Assembly: GCF_001194135.2 (NCBI RefSeq)
Contig: NC_068982.1
Span: 168,208,220 to 168,269,925, forward strand
Direction: 5' to 3'
DNA length: 61,706 nt
DNA from: Octopus bimaculoides
Taxonomy: Eukaryota
Under the pieces are notes generated by a model. That model did no database searches. It was not told the DNA's origin and saw only the letters and a list, made by a program, of their open reading frames with translations. The number at the start of each line of letters is the position of its first letter. The first letter of the stretch is position 1. Of this stretch, positions 1 through 13,611 are shown piece after piece. A program made the translations under genes and the position numbers.

Positions 1-43
<43 letters not shown>

Positions 44-58
44 GTATATATAAATAAT

Positions 59-143
59 GGATGGAGTAGCTGTGTGGTAAGAAGCTTGGTTCCCAACCAC
101 ATGTTTTCGGTTTCAGTCCCGCTGCGTAACACTGCGTCAATGT
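59..143 (+). mobile_element. tRNA-derived SINE family A, 5' head fragment
   Basis: A-box-like TAGCTGTGTGGTAAG and B-box-like GGTTTCAGTCCC. Same head as at 37937-38010 (minus) and 61215. Confidence 0.75.
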
Positions 144-339
144 AAAAATTTTATACTAGATTGAGAAAGCCACAACATTTAAAGATCGACCTATGGGAAT
201 GAAAACTAAACAAAACTTTACTCCTTTACTATATATTTCAGTATGTCTGTTTATCAACATGATTATGAGATTAAATGCCTCTCTGTTTTGCCATGATACG
301 TGGAACAAATCGAGAAGGAGAATAGTGTCAATACACAAA

Positions 340-1090
340 TTGGTATAGTGAAATTTGTTAACTAGCGTAACACTTGTCGGATTAATATGCTGACTTTAAT
401 TCGTTTATAAAAATTACTACTGATGTTCTTTGAATTTGACGGTATCTCTGGTGTTCTGAGCATGGACATTTTCGAGTGTTTTCTGAGAAAGAATTCTTCT
501 GAATATGCTTGTCTTTTCGGATGTGTAATTTGCGGACTGTGCCGCCTGTGTAAAATTTGCTGCATTCTCTTATTACATAATATGGAGCGCACTTTTGTTG
601 AACGGCAGAAAGGCCCCCCCACCACTTTGTTCATCCGGTAGTTGTGTTGTTGACATATGGGGTAAGAAATTCGTAACTAGCATTTTCTCAAGTAACTCTG
701 AATGCGCTTGCTGTGTGTGCAGTCCCTCCGTATATATATCGGAAAATTGCAACGGAACCTAAGTAATGAATTTCATTTAGCTCTAGGGATCAAGTACGTT
801 TGCTGGAGACATCAACATTGTATGGGATTTTATCATGCACCCATTGTCAGGCATAGGAATCTGGTTGCCATTGTCCTTTATTACCCTTTCAAACACTTCG
901 GTGTTTTCCATTCTATTCCACCTTTCGTTGCATATTATTTGTAAAGGAGAATTCGGTTAGTGTTTAGGAGGCATATCCACTCGTTAGTAAAATTCACTCA
1001 AAATTTGCAGACAACAGCAAACAGTTTTCCTTAGCATCCACAAATATCTCTTATATTATGAATTCGAAATGCAACAACGAGAGTTAGAGG
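340..1090 (-). mobile_element. Decayed Penelope-like element ORF (RT C-terminus plus GIY-YIG endonuclease)
   Basis: Minus frame at 517-564 reads CSKFYTGGTVRKLHIR (then KDKH), resembling the C..YIG.T.R.L..R..EH GIY-YIG segment. It is followed by IFINELKS; upstream are EGLH..AH and ILLTSGY-like pieces. Many stops and frameshifts. Confidence 0.55.
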
Positions 1091-2861
1091 GATTCAGTGT
1101 CGATGGAATGTTTCCTTTCGAAGCCTACAGAGTGAAGAAGTTGTGAGCATGAAGAAGACGTCATCATATCTGGAAAAGGAAGTTCAGCATTTGAGGTTTG
1201 TACTCGCACTGTATTTTTGTCAATCTATATGTGTGTAGTGACTACTAATCCAGTGGAATCCATCCTTTCGTCAAACCAATATCTGTTTGTAGGTGGAATC
1301 ACCAAAATAGACACATATGTTATTCAGAATAACCGTTGGTAACGACTGAATGCGTGAAGCCAAAATAATTATATATTACGAGATGTACAGGGAAATGAGG
1401 TGGAGGTTAAACGAACAGCTTCTGTTATACGTACTTACATCAGTATATGGTCATATATTTTGCAAGTTAATAAATTATAGGTAAGTAGTGTGCGAATCAT
1501 ACAAACTCACATGAATGAACATACATGTGTGCACACTTGTGTTTAAGCAAGAGAAGGAGAATTGATGGACGGAAGTTTATGAATGCCACTTTATTTCAGC
1601 TTCTTTAGTGGTGTTAAAAGACTAGCTTCCTTATCTGTAAATTCAAATATCATTGTACAGAAATTGTAAACGGTTTCTTTTATCGAGTTTGATACTAAAT
1701 GGGATTCGAACTCAGAATCACAAGTCACAGAAATAAGGGCGAATAAAATACTGCTAAAAATTCTATACATGTATCGATTGAATTAAAGTCAATCAATAGG
1801 TATTATTTTCTAATGAATGTTATAGGCGTTTCTGAGACAAGAAACGATAGTTTAATAAACTAGATAAAAGATGTAAAAATAAAACTAATGTCACTGGTCT
1901 AAAAATTGACCGACATTTTGTATGCTTATGAGTATAAATCCAACAAGTCTTGTTAGAATCGAAATTTTCAATGTATCGATTACCATTTGTTTACATTCCT
2001 GCTACTCTCTCTCTTTCTCTGATTCTCTCCCTGAAACAAGAAAATGTTTTGCTTTCTTTTTATTCATTCTAATCGATAGTAGAAACACAGCTGGTAGAGT
2101 CCATAGGATACTGGGTCACCTGTGGGAATAGTGGAGTTTCATATCCTTAATGCATATACTTTCTAGTTTCAAAGGCAAGTACATGTAGTTATAACTTGAA
2201 AACAGTGTTACTGATGAATATTCTTTCCTTTCTGTAATAATGAGAAGTTTAAAATATTTTCGTAAATATGTCTTAGAGAAGAAAGCTTTCTGCCAGGCTG
2301 GTTTACCTCAGATATACTCCATGATTTTGAAATCTGAGAACGTGCGGCGTCCATGGTCTATCAATACTTAATAAAACACAAACTAGGTCAAAACCGTGAG
2401 CCATCGTTTGTTACACACCCGAAAAACATTTTAGCAACGATGAATCAATATTCTCATGAATAAATAATTAAGGTTTTTGTTCTATGGTATGTTATGCAGT
2501 CTATGGAGTTCATTTATCGTAAATTTTGCATTACCGACTGTCGAATTTCATATTTCATTGAAAGATTATGACGTCTGCATTGAAACAATGCATCATCAGA
2601 ATGGTATCAAATTTGCATGAGGCCCAAATCGAAATCGCGATTATTCAGTTGTCAGAAGCTCGGGCTCTCTCAAGGGATAGTTAACAATAGTGCACAACTA
2701 CATACACATGCACACATGTTCACGCACATCCAAATATACACACCGACGCACGCATGCATACAGAAATACGCAAACACATCCGTGTAGACGTATGCACATA
2801 CATCCAAGCATACATACGAATAGGTCTTCATTTATAATTCCAACATTTATAGTCTTATTAG

Positions 2862-3075
2862 GGCGGCGGGCTGATAGAATCGTTAGCACGCCGGGAAAAT
2901 TACTTAACAGCATTTCGTCTATCTTCACGTTTTGAGTTCAAATTCCGCTGTGGTTGAGTTTGCCTTTCTTCCTTTCAAGGTCAATAATATATGTACCAGT
3001 AAAGTACTGGGCTCAATGTAATCAACTTACCCTTCACCCAAAATTGTTGGCTTTGTGCCAAAATTTAAAAACTAT
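2862..3075 (+). mobile_element. tRNA-derived SINE family B
   Basis: Head GGCGGCGGGCTGATAGAATCGTTAGCACGCCGG, B box GAGTTCAAATTCC, body TTTGCCTTTC.TCCTTTC..GGTC, tail TTGTGCC. Matches many other copies in the window. Confidence 0.85.
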
Positions 3076-4048
3076 ATTTATAGTCGAATTTCTGCCACCC
3101 TTAGCAACTTACTGATCTACTCGTGATAAAAAAAATACAAATTATAAAATTAGATCAGACTTAAAACAGTTAGATATGAAACATAATTTGAGGATACAGG
3201 TGTAAAAATTTTAAACTTCTACGTTGTTGATAATCTGAATTATCAAATTGAATGATAAAATGTAATACTTAAATATGAATATAGCATGTTATTGAATCCG
3301 ACCAGTTTCTTTGCGCCTGTGTTATCATTAAGTTTCATATTAAAATAATAGATTTACAAGAACTTTATAATATTGATGCAATAAACTAAACAACAAGCGT
3401 TTGAATAGTACAACAGACAGATGCCTTTTTCATACAGTCCAAAATATACATAAATTCAACTTAGCAATGCTATTTATATTCAAATGAAAGGAATATATTT
3501 CTTTCATACATCAAATAGCATTATATATCGTGTTGTCTCAGAAAGCAAAAATGTCCGTGTTGTTTTTCGAATAGAATACCTATAAAGATTTGTTCGTATT
3601 AATAAAAACAGATTAGTAATGAAATAGAAGCAAGGTAAAATAATATAAAATTACACCGCAAATTATTGTACACATATACAATGACAAAGCTCTGACATGT
3701 CTTTAAAAATATTGCATGAAAGCCAAAGAAACCAAATCCATTATTCATTAATGTTCAGCATTTCTTTATGTATATTTCATTGAATATCGAAATAAAAAAT
3801 ATGATTGTGTATGATATGAATATTATTGCTGAAACACGTGTAGAATATAGGATTTTTTTTTCCAATATGTATATAGGAGTAGCAGAGAGAGATACCGATT
3901 CCGCAGCAAAATTTAACTTTCCAGTAGATACTGATTCTACAATAGTTATCGTATGAGTACACAGGCAAAGCATAAAAACTTCAAATAGTCCCATTAATCT
4001 TTCACTGATGCCAACAAAGATGATCTCCCGTATATATATATATATATA

Positions 4049-4235
4049 GGAGAATATACGAAAAAACAACAACAGACGAGGACAGGTGGTGTAAATAACA
4101 AAAGGATGTATTAGTATGACGCTCGGGAATACGGAAAGTCTTTGACGTTTCGAGCTACGCTCTTCAACAGAAAGAATACGGAGACAAGGAGAAAAACACG
4201 GAGAAAAAAAATTGAATAGTGTCCAGTCAACGGTC
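4049..4235 (-). mobile_element. Penelope-type terminal repeat fragment (family P1) with hammerhead-like motif
   Basis: Near-identical to 44904-45033 in the opposite orientation. Both end at (TA)n and contain CTGTTGAAGAGCGTAGCTCGAAACGTC. Confidence 0.65.
4139..4175 (-). ncRNA. Minimal type I hammerhead-ribozyme-like motif (core variant CUGUUGA)
   Basis: Minus strand TCTTT-CTGTTGA-A-GAGC-GTA-GCTC-GAAACGTC-AAAGA: 5-bp stem I, 4-bp stem II, palindromic ACGU helix III, GUC site. Confidence 0.55.
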
Positions 4236-5055
4236 AATCATAATAATGGCTGATCATAACAAATATATATATACCTCCGATCACAAACGACAATTGGCAA
4301 TTGGCTCTACTGTATTAATGTACAGGGCATGTTCCATAAATATTTACCTTGCTATTTCAATTTCTCATAAGGAATCACCAATGATATTATTTTATTCAGT
4401 GTGTGCCAGAGATTCAGTAATCAAAATGTTTACAATATCAGTGTTACTTTTGCTTTCTGAAAAGTGTAGTGTGCTACTCGTGTTAATACAACCTAAAAGC
4501 GATGTAAATAGTTTAAGATATGTCAGTGGCAATGATGTAGATGCATAGCAATTCTTGTAGAAGTGTAGCAACTGCTTCTAAGATTATTGTAGTGGTAGTA
4601 GCCGTTATAGACTAGCATGTTTGCCTCCGTGTTAGTTTTTCCTACTTTAGTGATGCTTGACACTATGATGCTTTATATATTGCATCCATGTTGCATTGAA
4701 GGAGTAGAAAGGCTGATGAATCATTGACACTACGAGGCCTTGATAGCTTCGCCCTTTATCTTGACATGTTACTCCACCAAAGTCTAAATAAATATTAGTG
4801 TTTGAAACGGTATTACTGGCGAATATTCCATTACCTCGCAGAGATAATATCTTATCCTAACTAAAAAGGAAAAGATAGAAAAACAATGTACGGAAAAATT
4901 GGTTCAAACTTATTAATAGTACCTTTCATTCGGGAATGTGTATGTAAATGCCTGTGCCTCCAGAAGTGAATGCCAGATGAATGAGTTACCGAAAATGATG
5001 GTTTGTAATTGTATAATTGTATTTCTGTATTTGTTTTTTGTATATTGTGTGAAAA

Positions 5056-5135
5056 TATCCTGATGAAGGGAGTCAGTTTTAAAAATATGAAATATATCAT
5101 ATTAATTGGTACGTCTCTGAAACGGCTCGTAGATG
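5056..5135 (+). ncRNA. Type I hammerhead-ribozyme-like motif with canonical core (family P2)
   Basis: TATC-CTGATGA-AGGGA...(long stem II containing ATATGA/TCATAT)...TCTCT-GAAA-CGGCTC-GTA-GATG. Core intact; stem I only 4 bp including a wobble. Confidence 0.55.
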
Positions 5136-6263
5136 GAAGTTTTAAATTTTGGTATTATTTTCGTGGTATTTTAGTACGTCGTTTTGATGTTTTATCATCT
5201 TAGATTTTTATTACTTCAATATATTATAACTTTTAAATGTAAATTCACTGTGTTTAATGTATCACATCGATATTTATCCATTTATGTGTAATTTTATATT
5301 CATGTATTTGGAATTTTTATATCCCTTTTATAAATGTAGAAGAATATATGTATATATTTGATTTTCGAGTGTGGTTATTAATTATGTTCCTCTAGTTTCC
5401 GCTTGTATTGCCTCAATTGAAATTAAGTGTTATATGTATACGTTTATGTGTTTCAAAACACTTTGAGTGCCCTACAATTTTGAAAACCAATCTGGCAGTT
5501 TAAACTGTTAAAACCGACAGACTAGGAGAACAGCAAATCTAAACAAAAGGAAACTGTCAGCGACTCATTTCTCACCTTCTTTGCGAAAAGATTTGGAGAA
5601 GAATATTTGTGTTCAAAAGCTTCAAATATTGAGGCACGTTTTCCTATTCTCGTTATGATTCACAGAACATCAACTAAATGAACGGTAAGTAGCTAAATGA
5701 CGTAGAAAAATGCAATTATTCACATGATGCAAACTTGGAAGTAGATGCTGTTGTAGCTCTGAGCCCCATCCTCATAAAAAGACAACAATTTGAAAGTAAC
5801 TTTGGAAAAACCGAGTTTTTTTGTATTTATTTAATTGTCTACTTTTCATGATCTGGCATCCAAATGTTTCATGAAGGTTACTCCAGACATTTATTCGCTG
5901 ACTTCAAGTGCAAAGTATTAACTCGGGATTTTTCAGATTTATGTGAAATTATGTACTATAGGTTCACACAGATGCTGTCATAACTCGCCTATATAAAAAC
6001 AAAAGTTTGATAAGCCACTGCCTGATGACATACTACGTAAATAAAGGCGAACTATTTGTGAGTACTACTCGCTAAAGGAATATTATCTTTGTTTCTCTTG
6101 ATTCATAATGAAAATTTTATATCAGATGTCGCATTATTACTATGATTTTATATTGTAGAGGCAGTTGAAGTTTCGCTTCTCTGTCGACACTTCTTTTGTT
6201 TTCCTCTAATTGGCCGGTATTAGCTGTCATTTTTTACCCTGTATGTAGAAATTTGGACAAAAT

Positions 6264-6467
6264 ATTCTTTTCTACTCTAGACACAAGGCCCGGAATTTTG
6301 GAGGAGAGGTCAGTCGATTAGATCGATCCAATATGCAACTGGTATTTAATTTATCGACCCTGAAAGGATGAAAGGCAAAGTCGACCTCGAAAGAATTTGA
6401 ACTCAGAACGTAAAGACAGACCGCTAAGCATTTCGCACAGCGTGCTAATGTTCCCGCTAGCTCGCCG
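6264..6467 (-). mobile_element. SINE family B, near full length
   Basis: Reverse complement of the family B head, B box (GAATTTGAACTC) and tail (ATTCTTTTCTACTCTAGACACAAGGCC). Confidence 0.88.
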
Positions 6468-8026
6468 ACTTTTTGAACTAAATATTAAATTTGAACATGA
6501 CTGAAAACAAGCACTTCCAAAATCTGAACGTCTTGAAGTAGACGCCACGATATAATACCAAACATATAGTGCCATAGAAATTTGTTTGGATTTCTTCTCC
6601 TGTCCCGCTTAAAATACAGTGTGTAAAAATATACTAACTTTGACAAGACAATGGTGAAATGAAAGTGACTAAGGTGTCTAAAAATCGATCTCATATCTTC
6701 CATAACCAACGAAGACACTTTCCAACACGACTGGCTGCAGACAAAGAGCCTGTCCTCGCCTTGGTTCTGTTGTACGAAAAGAATAGGCAAAGCTTTTCCC
6801 ACTGATATTTCACACGAGATTAGTGAAAGACTAAGTTCCGACATAATCATTGTTTCTAGAATCAAAAGGTTAGATCACGCAAACCATGCTCATTAATTAT
6901 CCACAGCACTGTCTCAGACATCAAGACTATTGTGCATCAAGACTATATCCCTTTCAAAAAGGAATAATCTTTCCTACAAAATTTGTAACTATTAAGGGAA
7001 AAAGGAATTCATCGGAGTTAGTGAACAACAAGCGCCCAATGATTTGTTGATTGAAACTGTATTACTGTTACTTCATTATCCGTGTATTTGTATTTTTCTC
7101 TGCATCCACCGACAAACGTTATAATGCAATAATTATTAAAGTCTTTTATCAACCACACGTCGTTTTCGAGCGTAGACATTTTTACATATATACGTGCATA
7201 CATACATAAATGCCCACAGACATACATACATGTATACACATGCACATATATATATATATATATATATATATTATTCATTTTATTATATGATTAAACGGCA
7301 TGCATCTATTTCCAAGTAAGTTTTATCATAATAATTTTGATGCGACTTTACCCTGTACAGTTCTCTCTCTCCTCCCACCTTTCGTTTTCTCTCTCTTCCT
7401 TTCTCTAATTCGTTTTCCTACCCTTCTCCCCCTTTCATTTTTCTCTCTCATCATTTCTCTATTTCTTTTTCTCCCCTTAACCGTTTTCTATCTGTCCCTC
7501 TCTCTCTCTCTCTCTCCCACTTCCTCCTTTACTATCTCGTTGCTCACACGTGACTATCTTCTATCTTCCTTTTCTTCACGTGATGATCTTTCTTTTCTTT
7601 CGGTCTTTTGCACAGACCAGACACATTCTGGTCTGTCTTCTCGCCTATCTTTTCTGCTGTCAAAGAATGTTCCTCCAGCGTTCGCCACTTTACCTCGTAT
7701 GCCTTGGCTCTTTGTGTTCATTATTCTGATTTTGTTACCAACTTTCACCCTCCGTAAATCCCAAATTTTATTGTGGTTCGCAAGAACAACTGTTTTCATG
7801 AATTGCTCGAAATGTGGAGTAGATAAACAGACGACAACTCATGAAGGGTCGTTCTTTATGTCACTTGTCTTGTTTTCCATTTGTTTCTTTTGTTATTCGC
7901 ATACAAAAGCCTGTTTTCGTATTTCAAGTTTTTGTATTTCGTATTTCATATTGCTTTCGTATTTCATGTTGTTTTCGTATTTCATGTTGTTTACGTTTTG
8001 TGATTTCCTGTACCCTTATATGCATA

Positions 8027-8074
<48 letters not shown>

Positions 8075-8170
8075 NNNNNNNNNNNNNNNNNNNNNNNNNN
8101 NNNNNNNNNNNNNNNNNNNNNNNNNNNNNNNNNNNNNNNNNNNNNNNNNNNNNNNNNNNNNNNNNNNNNN

Positions 8171-8510
8171 CATGAGATGCACCATTTTGAGCGTGGCCGT
8201 TGCCAGTACCGCCTGACTGGCTCCCGTAGGATTTTCGAGTGAGATCGTTGCCAGTGCCCCTGGACTAGCTTGTGCGGGTGGCACATAAAAGACACCATTT
8301 CGAGTGTGGCCGTTTTCGTGCGGGTGACACGTAAAAGCACCCACTACACTCTCTGAGTGGTTGGCGTTAGGAAGGGCATCCAGCTGTAGAAACTCTGCCA
8401 AATTAGATTGGAGCCTGGTGTTGCCATCCGGTTTCACCAGTCCTCAGTCAAATCGTCCAACCCATGCTAGCATGGAAAGCGGACGTTAAACGATGATGAT
8501 GATGATGATG
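8171..8510 (+). mobile_element. RTE-type LINE 3' UTR fragment with (GAT)n tail
   Basis: TTGGCGTTAGGAAGGGCATCCAGCTGTAGAAA...CATGCTAGCATGG...GTTAAACGATGATGAT. Homologous to the 3' end of the RTE at 53035-53200 (minus). Confidence 0.7.
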
Positions 8511-8611
8511 ATATATATGTATCTATGTTCATATATGTATGTGTATATGCATATATATATTATATTATTATATGATTGAACGCCACGCATCCGTTTCGAA
8601 GTAAGTTTTGT

Positions 8612-8654
<43 letters not shown>

Positions 8655-9419
8655 CGTTTGTATGTATGTATTCTGCAAATTCATGTGTTTGTGTGTTTGT
8701 ATGTGTGTGTATTTGCATGTGTGTGTGTTTGCATGTGTGTGTGTATGTGTGTGTACCTCTGTCTCCTTGCGTGTGCATATCTGAGTGTGTCTGAGTATGG
8801 GCTTTTGTGACTATGTACTGCGCCTGTTATGTCTGGATGTGTGTCTCCATATGTATCCTTGTGTGAAATGAAGCGTGTGTGTATGTGTGTATATGGTCAT
8901 GCGTCTCAGTCTTCATTTTCGTATGCATGTGTGTATGTGTGGTTGACAGTTCATATTACCTATGTTCAACTGATAGAAGTGTATAATTATACATAAATTA
9001 AGATATTATTAATAAATAATAATATAAATGGCTAGCAAACATAAAATCTAAAAAGGAAAATTGAAAAAATTATAATTACAATTAGCACCAGCCTTGATAG
9101 AAATGAAAGTCAAAAAATACTCGAATAAGCCAAAATATCTCTGATATGGGTATGTCTGCAAATTTATTTGCGTCATTCCCCCCGCAATGGTAGGTTGGCT
9201 TTTTACTCGCTCCTTGATTTCGTCAGCTTATAAAATTTTCAGTAATATTGTGGCTTATTTGTGTATTTTTCGACTCTTATTTATATCAACGCTGGTACTA
9301 TCTGGTACACTTCATTATAATTATAGTTATAATTATAAATTTATAAATTCACCTTTCTGGTTTTTATGCTTGCTAGCCACTTATATTATTATTTATTAAT
9401 AATACTTTTATGTATATTC

Positions 9420-9475
<56 letters not shown>

Positions 9476-9865
9476 GTGTGTGTGTACGTTTGTGTGCGTG
9501 TGTGTGTGTCTGTGTATATGTATATGAAGAGAGAGAGAGAGAGGGAGAGAAAGAGAGAGAGGGTGATAGTAAGATTCTAAATATGTACTTATATTATAAT
9601 TAATAGGTGTGTTTTTGTAAAGAAATATGTGTTGCAACGAGTGTTTGTATGAATATCGGTTTTAACATTTTGTAATAGCTTGCCTAACAGATACTGGCTT
9701 GTCAGATATTTAATAGTATAATCCATCATTTAAAGTTGAATATTTTTTCGAAGTTGAATTTCCGTCGTTTTCTATGTATCTCCACAAAATGCTTTTAACC
9801 TATTGCGCATTAATGAAAATATACAATATATAAATCAAAATATTTATGTGTATATATACATACAT

Positions 9866-9914
<49 letters not shown>

Positions 9915-10017
9915 CATGAATAGGTATATACAAGTATATATATATGTGTATATATGTATGTATATATATAAGTAGATAGATAAATAGATAGATGGATAGA
10001 TATTTATTTATGTAAGA

Positions 10018-10048
<31 letters not shown>

Positions 10049-10609
10049 CGTATGTACGTATGTATGTTTGTATGTATGTATGCATGTATGTATGTATGTA
10101 TGTATGAAGAGACAGAGAGAGGGAGAGATAAATGCGTATGCACTTGAGCGTTTATTGCCGGCTGTATGTATAGATATAGTTTGAGGCAAAGAATGATATA
10201 TTCTTTGGCTTTTCAACATGATATATTTGTGCATTCGACGGCAATACGTCAGGATTTTGCCTTTATTGTGTATTGTGCTGCTTTATATCTATTCTTTCGT
10301 TGTTGAAGTACAATTGGATGATGTATATCAAATAGTAAATTCGAGTGCATAAAGTAGATTTATTATCCTTACAGTTATTCCACTTACTTATGTAATTCTA
10401 TTTATTTATATATGTTTTATATCCAAATTTATTCCAAACAATTTTAAGGCGTCAGAGAATTTATAATGAATCTCATATTTAAATTCGTATTTGAACATCA
10501 CAGTTAACTTTTTTATCTTCCCTTTATGTCATTATATGCTGCTACACTTAATTCAGGCATACAATTATAAGCACTATTATTAAATAATAGAATTAATATA
10601 ATAATGACA

Positions 10610-12490
10610 TTTGTGAAGATGTGACACTACTAACTCTGTTGTCACATTCAAACTCGGTCTGTGACACACTCATTGTGCATTTAAAGCAACTTGATGTGGT
10701 AATATGTACATTATATCCCCCACTCGATGTTTCCAACCACGACGGTAAATCTGAGGAAAGCCTTGCAATGATAAAAAATAAGTACCAAGAAAACTAGATC
10801 AATGCGTTAATGCAATCCTGATGGGTGACTTCAATTTCCCCTACATAAGATGGCCAGAAGGCGACCGAATCTCAGGAATAACGCCCGAAGAGTGTAATCA
10901 AGTAGAATCTCTACTTGATCTCACGTAAATGCTGTTCATGGAGCAAACCATACTTTCCCCAACCAGAAACGATATCATATTAGACTTCTGCTCCACCAAT
11001 AATGCAGAACGAATCCACAATGTGAAGATATCACCGACAATCTTCTTAGACCACAACATGATAGAACTGGCGATGTATGGTCCAAAATGAATTAACGATG
11101 TATTTCACGCAGATGGCACCTAAACATTAACCAGTCTGAAGTTCTACAAGGCTGACTGGAAGTCATCTGACAAACAGATACTCCAGCAAAATTGTTTAAA
11201 AGTCTCATCCCTCCTCAAAGAGGCAATTTTAGAAATCGAAAATATACTCTGATTCTTCTGTGAAAAGGAAAGTGTAGAAAAAGAAATCAGGGCTGTGGAA
11301 AATTCAAAAACGAATCCTAAAAACTTCTACAAGTTTGCGAAAGAATCTGCCTCAGTACACTACAAGATACGGCCACTGTGAAGAAGACGGATCTCAGGCC
11401 TACCTTTCTGACTTCCCATGCTAGCAAGGTCGTGGAACGCATTGTCAGGAGGAATCTGGTCATGTTCCTGGAAGAAAGAAGCTTGTTCACAAACATAAAA
11501 CATGGCTTCTACCCTGGGAGGAACTTCCTCACACAGCTGCTACAACATTACGACTGAGTACTAAAACAGTAATTCAGCTACTAAAATGTGGATGTGATAT
11601 ATCTCGACTTTGACAAAGTTAATCATTAGAAGATTCACTGACGTTCACTCAGTTGCAGCCAATTGTGCTTTCTCTGGGGGAGACATCAACTCGCAGCGGA
11701 ATCCCACAAGGAAATGTAGTGGGACCACTACTGATTGTACCCTCAGTCATACAGTCAGGCACTCTAACCAGCTATGCTGGTGGCACAAAAGTATCACAGG
11801 TGATTAAGCACCCACAATCTGAATACACAGAACTTGTGAGTGTTACAATTCCAGAGCCAGAGCTTGTATATGAGCCGGGAATCCACATGATTAATGATGC
11901 GACATTCCTGGTACATATCACCTAGACTGCAAGAAAGTGCAAGCGAGTATCTGGATAGATTCTGAGATCATTCAAAACCAGAAGAAAGAATACAATGCTA
12001 CTTCTATGAAGAAATTTCGCTCTCATTTGTCTGGATTTCTGCTTCCAACTGTCGTAAACGCAGACCGTCAATTGGTTGTGGAACTTGAGGTTATCCAGCG
12101 CCATTACTGGAAGGTTGACAGATGAGCTACTGAGAGGCTAAAGGAAGTGATGCTTTACTCCCTAGAGACAAGGCGTGAAAGATATGCAATGATATATATA
12201 TTGAAGGTCCTGAAAGGTCTATTTCCCAACTTTAGAATTGAAAGCTATACCAACCACTAAAATGGACGCCGCTGCATAGTATCATTGACCCCATCTTGTC
12301 CATCTTGAAATAGGATCCAGCATTGTAATTGCTTCGGTTTCAGGAGTCCACAGATATTCGCCATTCTGTAAGCAACCGCAGGGATTCAAAGAGTGTCTGG
12401 ACAAATTTTTATCTGAAATACCAGATGAACACACATCACAGCAAGCGGTACAAAGAAGAACAACTCCGTCCAACTCGCTACTTTATTAAA
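10610..12490 (+). mobile_element. Decayed, internally deleted CR1-type LINE ORF2 (APE plus RT)
   Basis: APE motifs LMGDFNFPYIRWP (from 10818) and PTR..ILD...DHNMIE. RT motifs KVVERIVRR, HGF.PGR..LTQLL, VDVIYLDFDKV, SGIPQGNVVGPLL and a degenerate YAGGTKV. C-terminal LYSLETRRERY.MIYI.K. Many stops. Confidence 0.85.
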
Positions 12491-13546
12491 AGCAGTGGAA
12501 TTTAATCTTGTCTTAATATAGGAGTTTGAACACGTTAGACTAAAGGGATAGAAAAAGCTGCCAGATGTTTCTCAAATTACACTTTATTCTCTTAAGAGGG
12601 AAAACGACATCAGGAAAATTTTGTTATATGTATAAAGACGGCAATTTGATGACTGCTATCACTCACATCAGCTGATTCATCAACCAGTGTTGATGTAAGG
12701 TTAGGCAATAGTAACAACACTTGAACTTAAAATAAAATACCCCAATTACCTCCTGATTTTATGTAGAATCCAGTATGCGTGAATTACCTTTTTAAAATTG
12801 CGTTCCCATCTTTTCTTTCATATTTCTTCATTACCTCTCGGGATCTTAATTTTACTCTAAATATTTTTTGTATACATTTGTCAATCCTCAGTAACCTATC
12901 ATTGATATTCTACAATAATTCACCGGCACTCGCACATTTTAAAGAACCAGTATTCAGTGCTAATCCTAATAACAGTCATAATATAATTATATAAAGAAAC
13001 TGGATCATATCCTTTACAGTCCACTGTGTAGAAGTGCATTTACAGTTTAAAAGAGAATCGTATTAATTTCAGTACAAAAATCGAGATCTGTAATCACACA
13101 AAAGCTTGTACCAATTCCCACACATTTTTTTTTTATCTTTGTGTATCTTGTTCCATAGCGAGAATATATTCAGCATAAATTCTGAGCAACTTCATTCCAC
13201 ACACATACCCTTTCGCTTCCAATTCAAAATATAAATTCCAGATTTTATATGACGAAAACAAAATAGTGTTATTCCATTTATTCTCGATTGATTTTCAGTT
13301 ATTTTAATAATCTATACTCAATAGTTTGTAAAACATTTAATTATTAAATTATACTGTCATATAGTTTCTAAACAAATATTTATACTTTGCTGTAACATCT
13401 TTTTTTCTTACACATTATAATTTTTTCATCTGAATCGGTTCTTATTTTGCTCGCACTATTGCTGAAAATTTTATACACAAAGTATTATATATTTTGTTTT
13501 TAAAATATCGTAACCATTAAAGTAGTTTGTTACATTTTTGTTCTAT

Positions 13547-13611
<65 letters not shown>

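Noticed and set aside
1188-1365. Segment resembling an octopus Penelope-associated terminal repeat
   Set aside because: Single copy in the window with no diagnostic motif; the resemblance is from memory only.
2560-2605. Minus-strand CTGATGA-TGCATT/AATGCA-GACGTC
   Set aside because: Has GAC instead of GAAAC and no stem I; not a supportable hammerhead.
2330-2640. Possible Tc1 transposase remnant (NIL-FSNDESIF-like text)
   Set aside because: A single short frameshifted motif; no TIRs or other catalytic residues found.
3293-3337. Minus-strand decayed hammerhead-like trace (TTAATGA...GAAACTGGTC-GGATTCA)
   Set aside because: Core and both stems are mutated; at most a fossil.
7925-8000. Three to four 18-bp tandem units TTTCGTATTTCATGTTGT
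   Set aside because: Simple minisatellite with no spacers; not CRISPR-like.
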